Positions 19,485 through 28,844 of a stretch of 64,000 bases of DNA are shown one piece after another (the stretch's first letter is position 1; the number at the start of each line of letters is the position of its first letter). The notes under the pieces were generated by a model that saw only the letters and a program-made list of their open reading frames with translations, was not told the DNA's origin and did not search any database. Position numbers and translations under genes: made by a program. Location of the stretch: the sequence record MW749006.1; one strand, 5' to 3'.

Positions 19485-20144
19485 ATGAAAGCTAAATGGT
19501 GGGTAAGACTCTGGACTTACCTCGTAGGGTTACGTTACAAAGTAGTAATGGAATCAAGTAAAGTATTAGAAGTAGTATATTTAGACGATAACGGAAAGAA
19601 ACAGTGTGAAGTAGAATATGATTGCACTAAGACTATTAAAGACAAAGAGTCTCTATTCTTTACTTACGATTCAGACGGTGGAATCATTAGTATACGTCGG
19701 ATAGGTAAAGAGGAGGTTGTAGATAGAGTACTACGCATCCAAACACCTACTAAAGTTAAAGTAAGTAATTCCTTAGGAGTCACTGAGAATATAGAAGCTC
19801 GCTTAGAAGTAGTGACAACTAAACACTGGTACACTATCTTGGGACTATTCCGAGTTAATCTACCTATAGAAACTACAAAAATAGTAGAGTTGTGGGTTGA
19901 AGGTAAACCTGTATTCCTTAGAGGATATAGTTCCAGTAAAAGTAACAAAGGTTCTATTAACTTAACCATTAGAGAATACTGTATGGAACACGGTTTTACT
20001 AGTATAGTTAATAGTAACGAAGAAGGTACTCACAACCAACTAGAAACAGTAACTCCTCCTAAAAGTTATAGTATACCCTGGCCTCCAATTTTACCTAACG
20101 AAAGTTTAGAAATGCAAGCAGCTAGAAAAGCAGCTCAAGGATAA
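19485..20144 (+). CDS. Hypothetical protein
   Basis: 219-aa ORF with GAGG RBS. Confidence 0.65.
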   Translation: MKAKWWVRLWTYLVGLRYKVVMESSKVLEVVYLDDNGKKQCEVEYDCTKTIKDKESLFFTYDSDGGIISIRRIGKEEVVDRVLRIQTPTKVKVSNSLGVTENIEARLEVVTTKHWYTILGLFRVNLPIETTKIVELWVEGKPVFLRGYSSSKSNKGSINLTIREYCMEHGFTSIVNSNEEGTHNQLETVTPPKSYSIPWPPILPNESLEMQAARKAAQG

Positions 20145-20148
20145 GAAT

Positions 20149-20676
20149 ATGTTGTCTAGTTTTAGAAATCTGTTAAGTAACATAATTAGTTTACAGTGTA
20201 ACGTTAAAGAACGTGTATACTTGAACACACATAACACCAAAGCTTGTTCTGTTATGTACGATCAAGACCTTAACGGAGATCCTGACGTAGGTTTACTTCT
20301 TAGTTACAATAAGCGTGGGGAATTAAGCGGTTGGGATCATTCATCTATAGAGTTCATACTCAAAAAAGCTTATCAACTACAAGAACCTTTAGTTATAGAG
20401 GTTGTTGATTTACATGGAGAGTATACTGATCTGGACATCAGAGTGGAAGAGAACACAAACGAAATAAGATTGGTATTCTTTTCTAAGTTCACACTTAAAC
20501 TATTTACCACTAAGGATATAGTTATTCGTATTTTAGGTGGTCGTTGTCCTACTTGGGCTATGAGTTATCCCTTTAACAATAGTATAGCTACCGTTGTTCT
20601 TGACGCTTTAGCTGAGTATTGTGAAGCTTATGAATACAGTTCTATAGTAGACACTGGTTGTACTGTTTCTGAATAG
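20149..20676 (+). CDS. Hypothetical protein
   Basis: 175-aa ORF. Confidence 0.65.
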   Translation: MLSSFRNLLSNIISLQCNVKERVYLNTHNTKACSVMYDQDLNGDPDVGLLLSYNKRGELSGWDHSSIEFILKKAYQLQEPLVIEVVDLHGEYTDLDIRVEENTNEIRLVFFSKFTLKLFTTKDIVIRILGGRCPTWAMSYPFNNSIATVVLDALAEYCEAYEYSSIVDTGCTVSE

Positions 20677-20684
20677 AAGATAGG

Positions 20685-20745
20685 TACATATATAGTACTT
20701 AGATATCCACTCCTACTCATTGACTAAAGTTTGTGAGTAGGAGAC
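20685..20745 (+). promoter_or_regulatory. Promoter motif copy 4 + leader hairpin
   Basis: tacatatatagtac, then ctcctactca...tgagtaggag stem. Confidence 0.7.
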
Positions 20746-20800
20746 TACCTAACAACAATCCCCCCCACCCACAAGTAAACGTTAAACAAGGAAGCAATAA

Positions 20801-21040
20801 ATGCTTATTTTGAATCAAGAACTAGAACCAAACATACTCAAGGCTACTGTAGAACTACCTGAAGGTAAGGTAATACAGATACAAATACAAGACGCAAAAC
20901 TTTCAGCGGTGAACGGTTTTGGAATGGTCCACTATCTAACAGGTGACGAAGTTGTCCTAATTCTTAACACCCTAGGTTATCCGTATGGCAGTGTTAGTGG
21001 TTTAGTTACAGCGCCTAACGCTATCTGGGAGATTAATTGA
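20801..21040 (+). CDS. Hypothetical protein
   Basis: 79-aa ORF with AAGGA RBS. Confidence 0.6.
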   Translation: MLILNQELEPNILKATVELPEGKVIQIQIQDAKLSAVNGFGMVHYLTGDEVVLILNTLGYPYGSVSGLVTAPNAIWEIN

Positions 21041-21432
21041 TGAAAAGGTACATCACTTTAGCTTCGGTACTTTCAGTGGTGATGTCAACAACTTCTATTG
21101 CGTCTTCTAACGACGTGAGTGGAGTTACAAACGTAGTCTACCCAGATCACGACCCAAAGGTTATGGTAGAGATAGAAACACTTCGTAGCGTGTCTATACA
21201 AGTTCACGCTGGTGAAGATGATCTAGAACTACAGAACATATCTGTTAACAAAGGTAACTGTGTTATGTCTAGTATAGTTACTGTTAACGATAAAAGAAAA
21301 GTATTCCCTGTTAAACTAAATGTTAACGAAACTGCTAGTGTTCAGATGCTTAGTGATTGCGAAGTATTGTTTCTAGATGTAACTATTAACAGTAAGAAAC
21401 TATCCTACGAAATAAACACTGTAGAAATCTAA
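21037..21432 (+). CDS. Exported protein with signal peptide (paralog of the 21844-22344 C-terminal domain)
   Basis: MMKRYITLASVLSVVMSTTSIA signal; ISVNKGNC...FPVKLN...C motif. Confidence 0.6.
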   Translation: MMKRYITLASVLSVVMSTTSIASSNDVSGVTNVVYPDHDPKVMVEIETLRSVSIQVHAGEDDLELQNISVNKGNCVMSSIVTVNDKRKVFPVKLNVNETASVQMLSDCEVLFLDVTINSKKLSYEINTVEI

Positions 21433-21441
21433 AGGTGCATT

Positions 21442-21768
21442 ATGAAACTTAAAGTCATACTAGAACAACGAACTACATTAAACTCTAACGTAGAAAACGC
21501 AGTTAGTTCTAAGGAATACATTCTTAAGGAACTCAAAGGTAGTAAGAAGTTTCGATTGGAGGAAACTCTTATATCTTCTACGCCAGAAGAATACAAAGAT
21601 GTCTTTAAACCCAAAGATCAAGTTATAGCTATAACTGATTTAACTTACACTGATAGTTCCTCTCCGGAAGAAGGACCTCAGTGTGGGATGAAATACATTA
21701 ATGAAGTTTTAGCTTCTATAAAGAAATACAACAGCATAAAGTTACTAAGACCAACGCCTTTGTTCTAA
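21442..21768 (+). CDS. Hypothetical protein
   Basis: 108-aa ORF. Confidence 0.6.
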   Translation: MKLKVILEQRTTLNSNVENAVSSKEYILKELKGSKKFRLEETLISSTPEEYKDVFKPKDQVIAITDLTYTDSSSPEEGPQCGMKYINEVLASIKKYNSIKLLRPTPLF

Positions 21769-21843
21769 AAGAAATCTAAACCTCAACCCACTACTCGACA
21801 CAAAGTTGAGTAGAGGGTAACTTAACCTAAAGAGTAAAAAACG

Positions 21844-22344
21844 ATGAAAAAGATCCTAGCTATGTTTGCAATTGTTATGTCATTTAACGTAATGGCTGAT
21901 AGTGATGTGGAGAAATGCGTCACTAAGAAAATTGAAAGTTTCCATAAAGTAATGGGTGAAGACGAACCTATCTCTATGGGTATGTTAGAGGAGTGGGAGT
22001 ACGAATGTGATCTAGGTGGATACACTGACTACGTTGATCCTAACGCAGAGCAAGTAGCTGATCCTGAGATTAAGTTGTACATTGAACCAGTTTATGTGGG
22101 GAACAGTCTTCGCCATATGGTAAAAGTACAAAGTATGGAAAACAACTTAATCGTTAAAGAGATGATTATTAATCGAGGTAATTGTACTGTAGGAGCAGAT
22201 GCTAAGAACGGTCACTACACTTATAAGTTACCTGTAACTCTTAACTACGGTGAAGGTATTAGTATTCCAGTAATAAGTGCCTGTGATATCATAGAGATTA
22301 CTTTGAAACTTAACGATGTAGAAGTGTCATATAACGTAAACTAA
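21844..22344 (+). CDS. Exported two-domain protein with signal peptide
   Basis: MKKILAMFAIVMSFNVMA signal; Cys-bounded helical N-domain; IINRGNC...LPVTLNYG...C C-domain. Confidence 0.65.
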   Translation: MKKILAMFAIVMSFNVMADSDVEKCVTKKIESFHKVMGEDEPISMGMLEEWEYECDLGGYTDYVDPNAEQVADPEIKLYIEPVYVGNSLRHMVKVQSMENNLIVKEMIINRGNCTVGADAKNGHYTYKLPVTLNYGEGISIPVISACDIIEITLKLNDVEVSYNVN

Positions 22345-22349
22345 AGTTA

Positions 22350-22388
22350 ACAACTAAGAACCACCACCCGGCTTTCGCTAGGTGGTGG
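22350..22388 (+). repeat. 39-bp direct repeat copy A (hairpin without U-tract)
   Basis: acaactaagaaccaccacccggctttcgctaggtggtgg, identical to 23021-23059. Confidence 0.92.
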
Positions 22389-22415
22389 GATACTTAATGT
22401 AGAGAGAACATAAAG

Positions 22416-23018
22416 ATGGAAGAAGTAAAGACAGAACATCAGTTGCGTGAGTTAATAAGAACTAATCCGGGAGCAGTAAACTGGGATAACGTTAGTTACC
22501 ATCAGACTCTATCAGAGGAATTCATCCGTGAGTTCCAGACTAAGTTAGATTGGTATGGCATTAGTTTTAACCAGAAACTATCGGAAGAGTTCATTCGTGA
22601 GTTCCAGGATAAGGTAAATTGGAGAGGCGTTAGTTACCGACAGTCCTTATCCGAGGAGTTCATTCGTGAGTTCCAAGATAAGGTAAACTGGGAACAAGTT
22701 AGTCAACAACAGACTTTATCGGAAGAGTTCATCCGTGAATTCCAAGATAAGTTAAATCTTGAGATTATCTTCACCGTTCAAGACTACAGTGAAGACTTTG
22801 AGCTAATGAAAGTATACACACAAAACAACCCTGACTTACTCAGGGTGACTAAGATAGCAATCAACAAAGAACTACTAGAGAAACTAGAAGCCTGTGAAGA
22901 TGGCGTTGTGTGCTTCCTAGAACACACTAAACCGGATGAATCTATCGACTGGTTCGAACTCAAGAGACGACATAAATGGAAGAGTGACTTGTCTTGGTTG
23001 TTTGAGAGATTAGTTTAG
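22416..23018 (+). CDS. 23-aa tandem repeat protein (W..[VI]S..Q.LSEEFIREFQDK[VL][ND])
   Basis: Four complete 69-nt repeats at 22482-22757 plus a degenerate fifth. Confidence 0.85.
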   Translation: MEEVKTEHQLRELIRTNPGAVNWDNVSYHQTLSEEFIREFQTKLDWYGISFNQKLSEEFIREFQDKVNWRGVSYRQSLSEEFIREFQDKVNWEQVSQQQTLSEEFIREFQDKLNLEIIFTVQDYSEDFELMKVYTQNNPDLLRVTKIAINKELLEKLEACEDGVVCFLEHTKPDESIDWFELKRRHKWKSDLSWLFERLV

Positions 23019-23020
23019 AG

Positions 23021-23070
23021 ACAACTAAGAACCACCACCCGGCTTTCGCTAGGTGGTGGTTTCTTTTTTC
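23021..23070 (+). terminator. 39-bp direct repeat copy B acting as terminator (U-tract present)
   Basis: Same hairpin as copy A followed by tttcttttttc; lies between convergent genes. Confidence 0.85.
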
Positions 23071-23076
23071 TTTCTT

Positions 23077-25668
23077 TTACGCAGTTACAGTTATGTATCC
23101 TGATAGGTTAATCTTCTCAGGTTTGTTATTAGTCAACACTCTAACTAAGTTAGCCACGAATCTATACTGATGTAAGTTTAGATTGACGTGTGTGTTACCT
23201 AAGTGTGGGTGTATCTCCACTAAGTTATCTGGAAGGTTAGCTCTGATAGGGTCTAACTTATGTAGTAGTTTATAGTCTTCTTGATTCAACAAATCAAAGA
23301 ACACCGTGTCGTCATACGGATTGATATAAGTGGATGCAGGTATAACACCCATTAACATTTCATGTATTACTCTAGACACTACTGGAGAGTATAGATAGTG
23401 GTGATCTGAGATGATGTTAAACTCATCTATATTAGGTTCAGGATAGATCAAGTTAAATAACCCAGCTATCCTTTCGTTAAGATCACTACTTTCCTTATAG
23501 AAATCTGTAGTGTTTAAACCAGTCATGTCATATAAAGGAATCATAGTCTCTGACATAGAGTAAGGTAAACCATTCAGAGCGTCATCTAAACGAACAGTGT
23601 TATCCTCTTCAGCAAACCTTAAGTTATCTCTACTGTAGATCTTACCACCAACAAAGATACTAAAGACTCTATCGTCTCTTATGTCGTAAAGGTTATTTCT
23701 GCCTAACACACCGTTGTTAACGAAGCCATTGATTTCATGTTGATTAAGTTCATCAATGCTACTAACAACTCCTCTAGCTCGTATGTGTACTTTTTGATTC
23801 TCTTTAGTGTAGTCTATATAAGTCTTATTGACTATGTTAATATTAGGTAACTCTAAGAAGTAGTCTAGGTTATAGTTAAGACGATATCCGTTTAAGTAAA
23901 CTTCTAATGTCTCAGGTACATAGTCAAGAGGATGGCGTTTCAAACCTAATCCTCTATCCTCTACATAACTAATAGGAAAGAACATGGTACCTTGTGTTAA
24001 CGGAACATCTACATCCCACAACACCGGGTTATCCTGGTAAACTACTTTAACCTTTTCTATATCAGATAGATTAAGAGTAGCTAGTTGTCCGTTTATAACT
24101 ACTTTGCTAGCATCGTTAGTTATATCTACCCAAGGAGACTGTCTAGTGAAGTCCTGGAAGCTAGCCATCAATAAACGATACTCAAAGTTACGTAGATTAA
24201 TCACTTCACCTTTAACATACAACGCACCGTGACTCGCAACTTCAGTACCACGTATAAACTCTAAATGTCGGATGTTATTGCTACTAGGAATGTAAGCGGG
24301 ACCTTGTGTAGTAAAACGACCAGTCATTCGTCTATTCTTATCGTACTCATAGACAGTAGAATCGTTTCTATAGATTCTTGGAACTTGAACATAGTTATCA
24401 GTACTACTTATTCGTATAGGAGACTTACCATATTCAAAAGAAATACCGTTGTAACCTATAGCTGATCTAGATAACTCTTCAGTTACTTTTGACATAGATT
24501 TAAGTGATGCTAATTCAAAGTAGTCACTTGCTTCTAATGTCTCAGCACGAAACTCAGTGATAGTATAGTTAGTATTAGTTAAAACATCCAACTGTACTGT
24601 CTTAGGTAATTTATATAGTTCATGTAACTTTAAGGAAGTGTATTTCAACTCTCTACTTAAACCACTCTTACGAGTATATATAGTTATGTATTTATCACCA
24701 GAGACTCCACCTATTTTATTAGATAAAGTAGTTGCTTGATTATTAACATACTGAGTGTATAAACTATAGTCTTTATCAGTTACGTTTCTAACAACAAAGT
24801 CTTTATGTTGATAGAAGTATATACCTGTTGTGTGACCTGTTGGAATCGAGGTGATGTAGATTTCATTATCATCTTCATACTGAATTCTGTTTATAACAGG
24901 ATCTCTATATAGTAAGTATTTTAACTTGGTATCCTTACTAGAAGAGAAAGTACGTAATCCGTTAATGGGGTATCTTTCTTTAGAGATGATAGATTGATCA
25001 TACAGAACTTCAACTCTAGATGGTGTTGGTAAATGTAACGTGACGTTATCGGTATAATAACCGTTTACGTATACCATTACATCACCACCACTTTGCTTAT
25101 ACTCTGCTATCTTAGTTTGTACAGTTACTTTATTAGCGTTGTTATTTACTATATAAGAACTTAACTGAATGCCTTTACGAACAGGTTGTGTTAAATACTC
25201 GTTAGTTGTGAAATAACGATTACTGTAAACTCTGAGGAACTTGAAACTCTCCACGTCAAAGTTTCTTGACATCTCTAAATCTATTTTAGTTGCAAAGATG
25301 ATACTGTTCTCATCTATGAACATATAGTAGATGTTAGCTCTGGGAAACATAACTCCTTCTTGGTTATATAGTTGTAAGATATAGTCTCTGTCAACCATAT
25401 CTTTACTTACTTGAACCCAAGAGTCTTTGTACCAGTCTCTGTTCTGTCTTAAGAGGTTTATAACCGTAGGGTTAAGGTTTCCTATAAGGTATACATGAAA
25501 CGTGTTAGTGGAGTCTGGGAGGTGTTTAGAAGCACCAGAATAAATAGCTACATTACGTTTAGCTGGTCGCTTAGGTTTAGTAACTCTAATTAGATTAAAA
25601 GTATACTGTCTATCTTGATGTGGTGCACAGTAGATGTTTTCTAAGGCAAATCTTTGTATTTCACGCAC
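23077..25668 (-). CDS. Large virion structural protein (phiKZ gp27-like)
   Basis: 863 aa; begins with FALENIYCAP.QDRQY; syntenic, divergent from tail sheath. Confidence 0.65.
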   Translation of the reverse strand: MREIQRFALENIYCAPHQDRQYTFNLIRVTKPKRPAKRNVAIYSGASKHLPDSTNTFHVYLIGNLNPTVINLLRQNRDWYKDSWVQVSKDMVDRDYILQLYNQEGVMFPRANIYYMFIDENSIIFATKIDLEMSRNFDVESFKFLRVYSNRYFTTNEYLTQPVRKGIQLSSYIVNNNANKVTVQTKIAEYKQSGGDVMVYVNGYYTDNVTLHLPTPSRVEVLYDQSIISKERYPINGLRTFSSSKDTKLKYLLYRDPVINRIQYEDDNEIYITSIPTGHTTGIYFYQHKDFVVRNVTDKDYSLYTQYVNNQATTLSNKIGGVSGDKYITIYTRKSGLSRELKYTSLKLHELYKLPKTVQLDVLTNTNYTITEFRAETLEASDYFELASLKSMSKVTEELSRSAIGYNGISFEYGKSPIRISSTDNYVQVPRIYRNDSTVYEYDKNRRMTGRFTTQGPAYIPSSNNIRHLEFIRGTEVASHGALYVKGEVINLRNFEYRLLMASFQDFTRQSPWVDITNDASKVVINGQLATLNLSDIEKVKVVYQDNPVLWDVDVPLTQGTMFFPISYVEDRGLGLKRHPLDYVPETLEVYLNGYRLNYNLDYFLELPNINIVNKTYIDYTKENQKVHIRARGVVSSIDELNQHEINGFVNNGVLGRNNLYDIRDDRVFSIFVGGKIYSRDNLRFAEEDNTVRLDDALNGLPYSMSETMIPLYDMTGLNTTDFYKESSDLNERIAGLFNLIYPEPNIDEFNIISDHHYLYSPVVSRVIHEMLMGVIPASTYINPYDDTVFFDLLNQEDYKLLHKLDPIRANLPDNLVEIHPHLGNTHVNLNLHQYRFVANLVRVLTNNKPEKINLSGYITVTA

Positions 25669-25677
25669 ATTAACCTC

Positions 25678-26643
25678 CTACCAATCATTGTTGTTGGTAC
25701 CTTGAATTCCGTCTACTACAGTGTTGATCAACTTAACAAACTCATCACCACGACCTCTTTTATTAACTCGCTCAATAACACCAGAGATACCAGTGCGTTT
25801 AAAGCTACGGTCAGTTAAAGAAGTATAGACCATAGCACACCAAGTAGGTGGATGAGACAATGCTAATAGAGCTAACTCTTTACTACTGCTACCCATCCAA
25901 GAGTTCGCAAACAAAGAAAACAGTAAGTTAGAGTCTAATCCCTTTAAACGGATATTATCAGTGACTATATAGCAAGCTTCACAAAAATCATCTAGTGTCT
26001 TCATGTCACCAGCTTCTTGGTAAACTTCTTCAATTAACTTAGGAACTAAAATCTCTTCCTTAGAACGAATCAATAGTTTATCAAAGTCATCGCTAGTAAA
26101 GGTATCAATGAACAGACTTGAGTAGTATATTAAAGCCAATACTTTAAGTCGTAATTGATCACCCATACCTAAACCAAACTTACGAGTGAGTCCGTCTGAG
26201 ATCCATTCGGCATATGCCATATGAGATAGTTTGAGAGAGTAAATAGAACTTTCCTTACCTAAGTACCATTGAGCACTTAAAAGGTAACGTCTGTATGCTA
26301 ACCCAAACTCAGACTGGTTTCTAATCTCAAAAGAATCTTTACTAGGACTCAACTTAACATACGGACGCATATCCATGGCTAATATATTGGAGTCGGGAAC
26401 CGCATACATATGGTTGAATGCTGGAATGTCTTTTTCACTATCAGTTAACCCAACAAGGAACACAGGTGAGTAATCACTACTAGTTAAATTAGATACCATA
26501 TTCTTATCTAACAAACCCTTTTGTCCAATCTTACTACGTATATACATATAGTCAGTAATTACATAATGTTTTAGTGGTCTGTTAATTCGGTTCACGTCCA
26601 CTAAATCTAGTGGTTTTGTATCGTATGGATTTCTTAGGATCAT
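25678..26643 (-). CDS. Virion structural protein (phiKZ gp28-like)
   Basis: Start moved to ATG 26643 (AAGGA RBS, removes overlap with the sheath gene); PYDT motif; synteny. Confidence 0.6.
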   Translation of the reverse strand: MILRNPYDTKPLDLVDVNRINRPLKHYVITDYMYIRSKIGQKGLLDKNMVSNLTSSDYSPVFLVGLTDSEKDIPAFNHMYAVPDSNILAMDMRPYVKLSPSKDSFEIRNQSEFGLAYRRYLLSAQWYLGKESSIYSLKLSHMAYAEWISDGLTRKFGLGMGDQLRLKVLALIYYSSLFIDTFTSDDFDKLLIRSKEEILVPKLIEEVYQEAGDMKTLDDFCEACYIVTDNIRLKGLDSNLLFSLFANSWMGSSSKELALLALSHPPTWCAMVYTSLTDRSFKRTGISGVIERVNKRGRGDEFVKLINTVVDGIQGTNNNDW

Positions 26644-26712
26644 GGTTAATTCCTTCCCAAATTTATGTGGTAGTTCAAAAAATGCCCTTCTGCTCTCAAA
26701 GGAGTTTAAAAT

Positions 26713-28806
26713 ATGTCTGATATCATCAACGCAGCACCGATGGTTATTGATCAAGGCACTCAAGATTTAAGTACTCGAGTTGTTCCTACTCAACCATTAC
26801 TGTTCCCCCAACATTTACCAAAAGTATATCTTTTTGCAGAGAAGGGTCCTATTGGTCCTAACTATGTAGATTTTGATAACACCGCTATCACTAAAGTTTA
26901 CGGTGATAACACTTTTGATGTTAACGGTAAATACCACACACACCAAACTCCATTTGCTCAGAAGTTCGCTGCTAACGCTAACAACTGTGTAATCCACCGT
27001 TTGGTTCCACAAGACGCTAATGACCGTGCTAACGTTGCACTGTACCTAGACATCTTAGAAACACAAGTACCTGTCTATGAAAAGAACTCTGATGGTTCTT
27101 TGAAAGTAGATGATTTCAACAACCCAATCGTAGCTGAAGATTCAGGTGGTGAGCCAATCACCATCAATGGTTATAAAGTAGCATGGGTAACTGATAAAAC
27201 TGAAGCACTGGTTGGTGAGTATACTCCAGGTCAGTTGACTGTTCGTCCTGGTGTACAGGTAGACGGTTCTACTCAATCACAACAGTACCCTATCTTCGAA
27301 TTCGCAGCTCAAGACGCTGGTGAAGGTGGTAACTTATTAGGTGTTAAACTGTATGCTGCTAACGGTGCAGACGTAATGCCTTTCCCTTCAGCTCAGTTGA
27401 ATGAAGGTAAACAATACCCATACTACTTCGGTATGAGTCGTGTAGTAGATTCGATTTCTGGTAAAGTCAACGCTGTGATGAATAGCTTTGGTTCACAGAT
27501 GTCTAAGTTATCTTTCAAGTCTGACGGTATTGATCCAGCTAGCGGTGCTAACATTAGTTTAGCTAAAGTAGTTAAGGATCAGTATATCGACCTACCTTCT
27601 AACTTAAGCACTGATTTAGGTACTGCTTTTGTTTATGATGGTAACTTGAATACTGTTCTTGGTTTGATGTATAACCTTGAAAAGAACATTACTGATGAAC
27701 ATCGTGATAACGTTATTCGTAACGACGAAGATAACTTGTTTGCTCTGAACATTCTTAACTTCACTAGCAGTAACGGTTCACCTTACCAGGCTCTTAAGTT
27801 AGTTGATGTTTCAGGTAGCGTTCGTTTAGGTAAAAACACTAACGTATTCTTGAGCGGTGGTAGTGATGGTACTATCAACGAAGCTGTACTAGATTCATTA
27901 GTAGCTGCTGACCTACAGAACTACGCTGACGGTCTACATGAATACCAGGACTTAGTTGGTCACCCAGAATCTATCATTTACGATAGTGGTTTTGGTTTGA
28001 GCACTAAGAAAGTATTCCCTAAGTTCATTGCACTACGTAAAGATACCTTTGTTGTTCTGTCTAGCTACGCTCATGACATCGGTATGAGTATGTTAGCGGA
28101 CCAAACGTCTGTTGCCATTGCTCTTAAGACAATGATGGAACTGTATCCTGAGTCAGCTACATTCGGTACTCCGGTTATGCGTGGTGTTGTTATGGCTGCT
28201 TCTGGTTATATCAACGGTTCACTGTACACCAAACGTGTTCCTACTACCTATGAGTTAGCTCACAAAGCTTCTCGTTACATGGGTGCTAAGAACGGTGCTT
28301 GGACTAACGGTCTGCGTTTTGATAAGGCTCCATTGTCTGTTATTACTCAGTTGCGTGATCTTGATATCACTTGGGTTCCAACGTCTACTCGTAATAAGTT
28401 GTGGGCTGTTGGTCTTAACTTCCCGCTGAACTACCAGGCTCGTCGTCAGTTCTTCCCTGCAATTCAAACTGTTTATCAGGATGACACTTCAGTGTTGAAC
28501 AGCTTCTTCACCACAGTTGCTATCTCTTACCTTAACAAGATTGCTCACGCAGCTTGGAGAGAGTTCACAGGTGATGTAAGTCTGACTTCAGCTCAGTTAG
28601 AAAACGAAGTTAATAACTTTGTATCTGGTTTGGTTAAAGATAAGTTTGATGGTCTGTTTGTTATTGTTCCTGATTGTACAGTAACTGAGTTGGATGAGTT
28701 GCGTGGTTTCTCTTGGACTTTACCAATTAAGATCTACTCTAACAACATGAAAACTGTAATGAGTACTTCGGTTCAGGCTCTACGTCAGTCCGATTTAGAT
28801 TCTTAA
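26713..28806 (+). CDS. Tail sheath protein (phiKZ gp29-like)
   Basis: INAAPMVIDQGTQDLS start, PQHLPKVYLFAEKGP, LSGGSDG, YDSGFGLSTK, C-terminal FSWTLPIKIYSNNMKTV; 697 aa. Confidence 0.88.
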   Translation: MSDIINAAPMVIDQGTQDLSTRVVPTQPLLFPQHLPKVYLFAEKGPIGPNYVDFDNTAITKVYGDNTFDVNGKYHTHQTPFAQKFAANANNCVIHRLVPQDANDRANVALYLDILETQVPVYEKNSDGSLKVDDFNNPIVAEDSGGEPITINGYKVAWVTDKTEALVGEYTPGQLTVRPGVQVDGSTQSQQYPIFEFAAQDAGEGGNLLGVKLYAANGADVMPFPSAQLNEGKQYPYYFGMSRVVDSISGKVNAVMNSFGSQMSKLSFKSDGIDPASGANISLAKVVKDQYIDLPSNLSTDLGTAFVYDGNLNTVLGLMYNLEKNITDEHRDNVIRNDEDNLFALNILNFTSSNGSPYQALKLVDVSGSVRLGKNTNVFLSGGSDGTINEAVLDSLVAADLQNYADGLHEYQDLVGHPESIIYDSGFGLSTKKVFPKFIALRKDTFVVLSSYAHDIGMSMLADQTSVAIALKTMMELYPESATFGTPVMRGVVMAASGYINGSLYTKRVPTTYELAHKASRYMGAKNGAWTNGLRFDKAPLSVITQLRDLDITWVPTSTRNKLWAVGLNFPLNYQARRQFFPAIQTVYQDDTSVLNSFFTTVAISYLNKIAHAAWREFTGDVSLTSAQLENEVNNFVSGLVKDKFDGLFVIVPDCTVTELDELRGFSWTLPIKIYSNNMKTVMSTSVQALRQSDLDS

Positions 28807-28844
28807 TCTTTCTAACCAGATAAAAAACTTGAGAGGAATAAACA

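Noticed and set aside
22482-22757. 69-nt periodic repeats as a CRISPR array or DGR template/variable region
   Set aside because: The repeats are in-frame codon repeats with synonymous variation in the constant part. Differences are not adenine-specific, and no cas or reverse transcriptase gene was seen.
26644-26763. Head-to-head overlap of the gp28-like and sheath genes
   Set aside because: Disappears with the ATG at 26643, which has an AAGGA RBS
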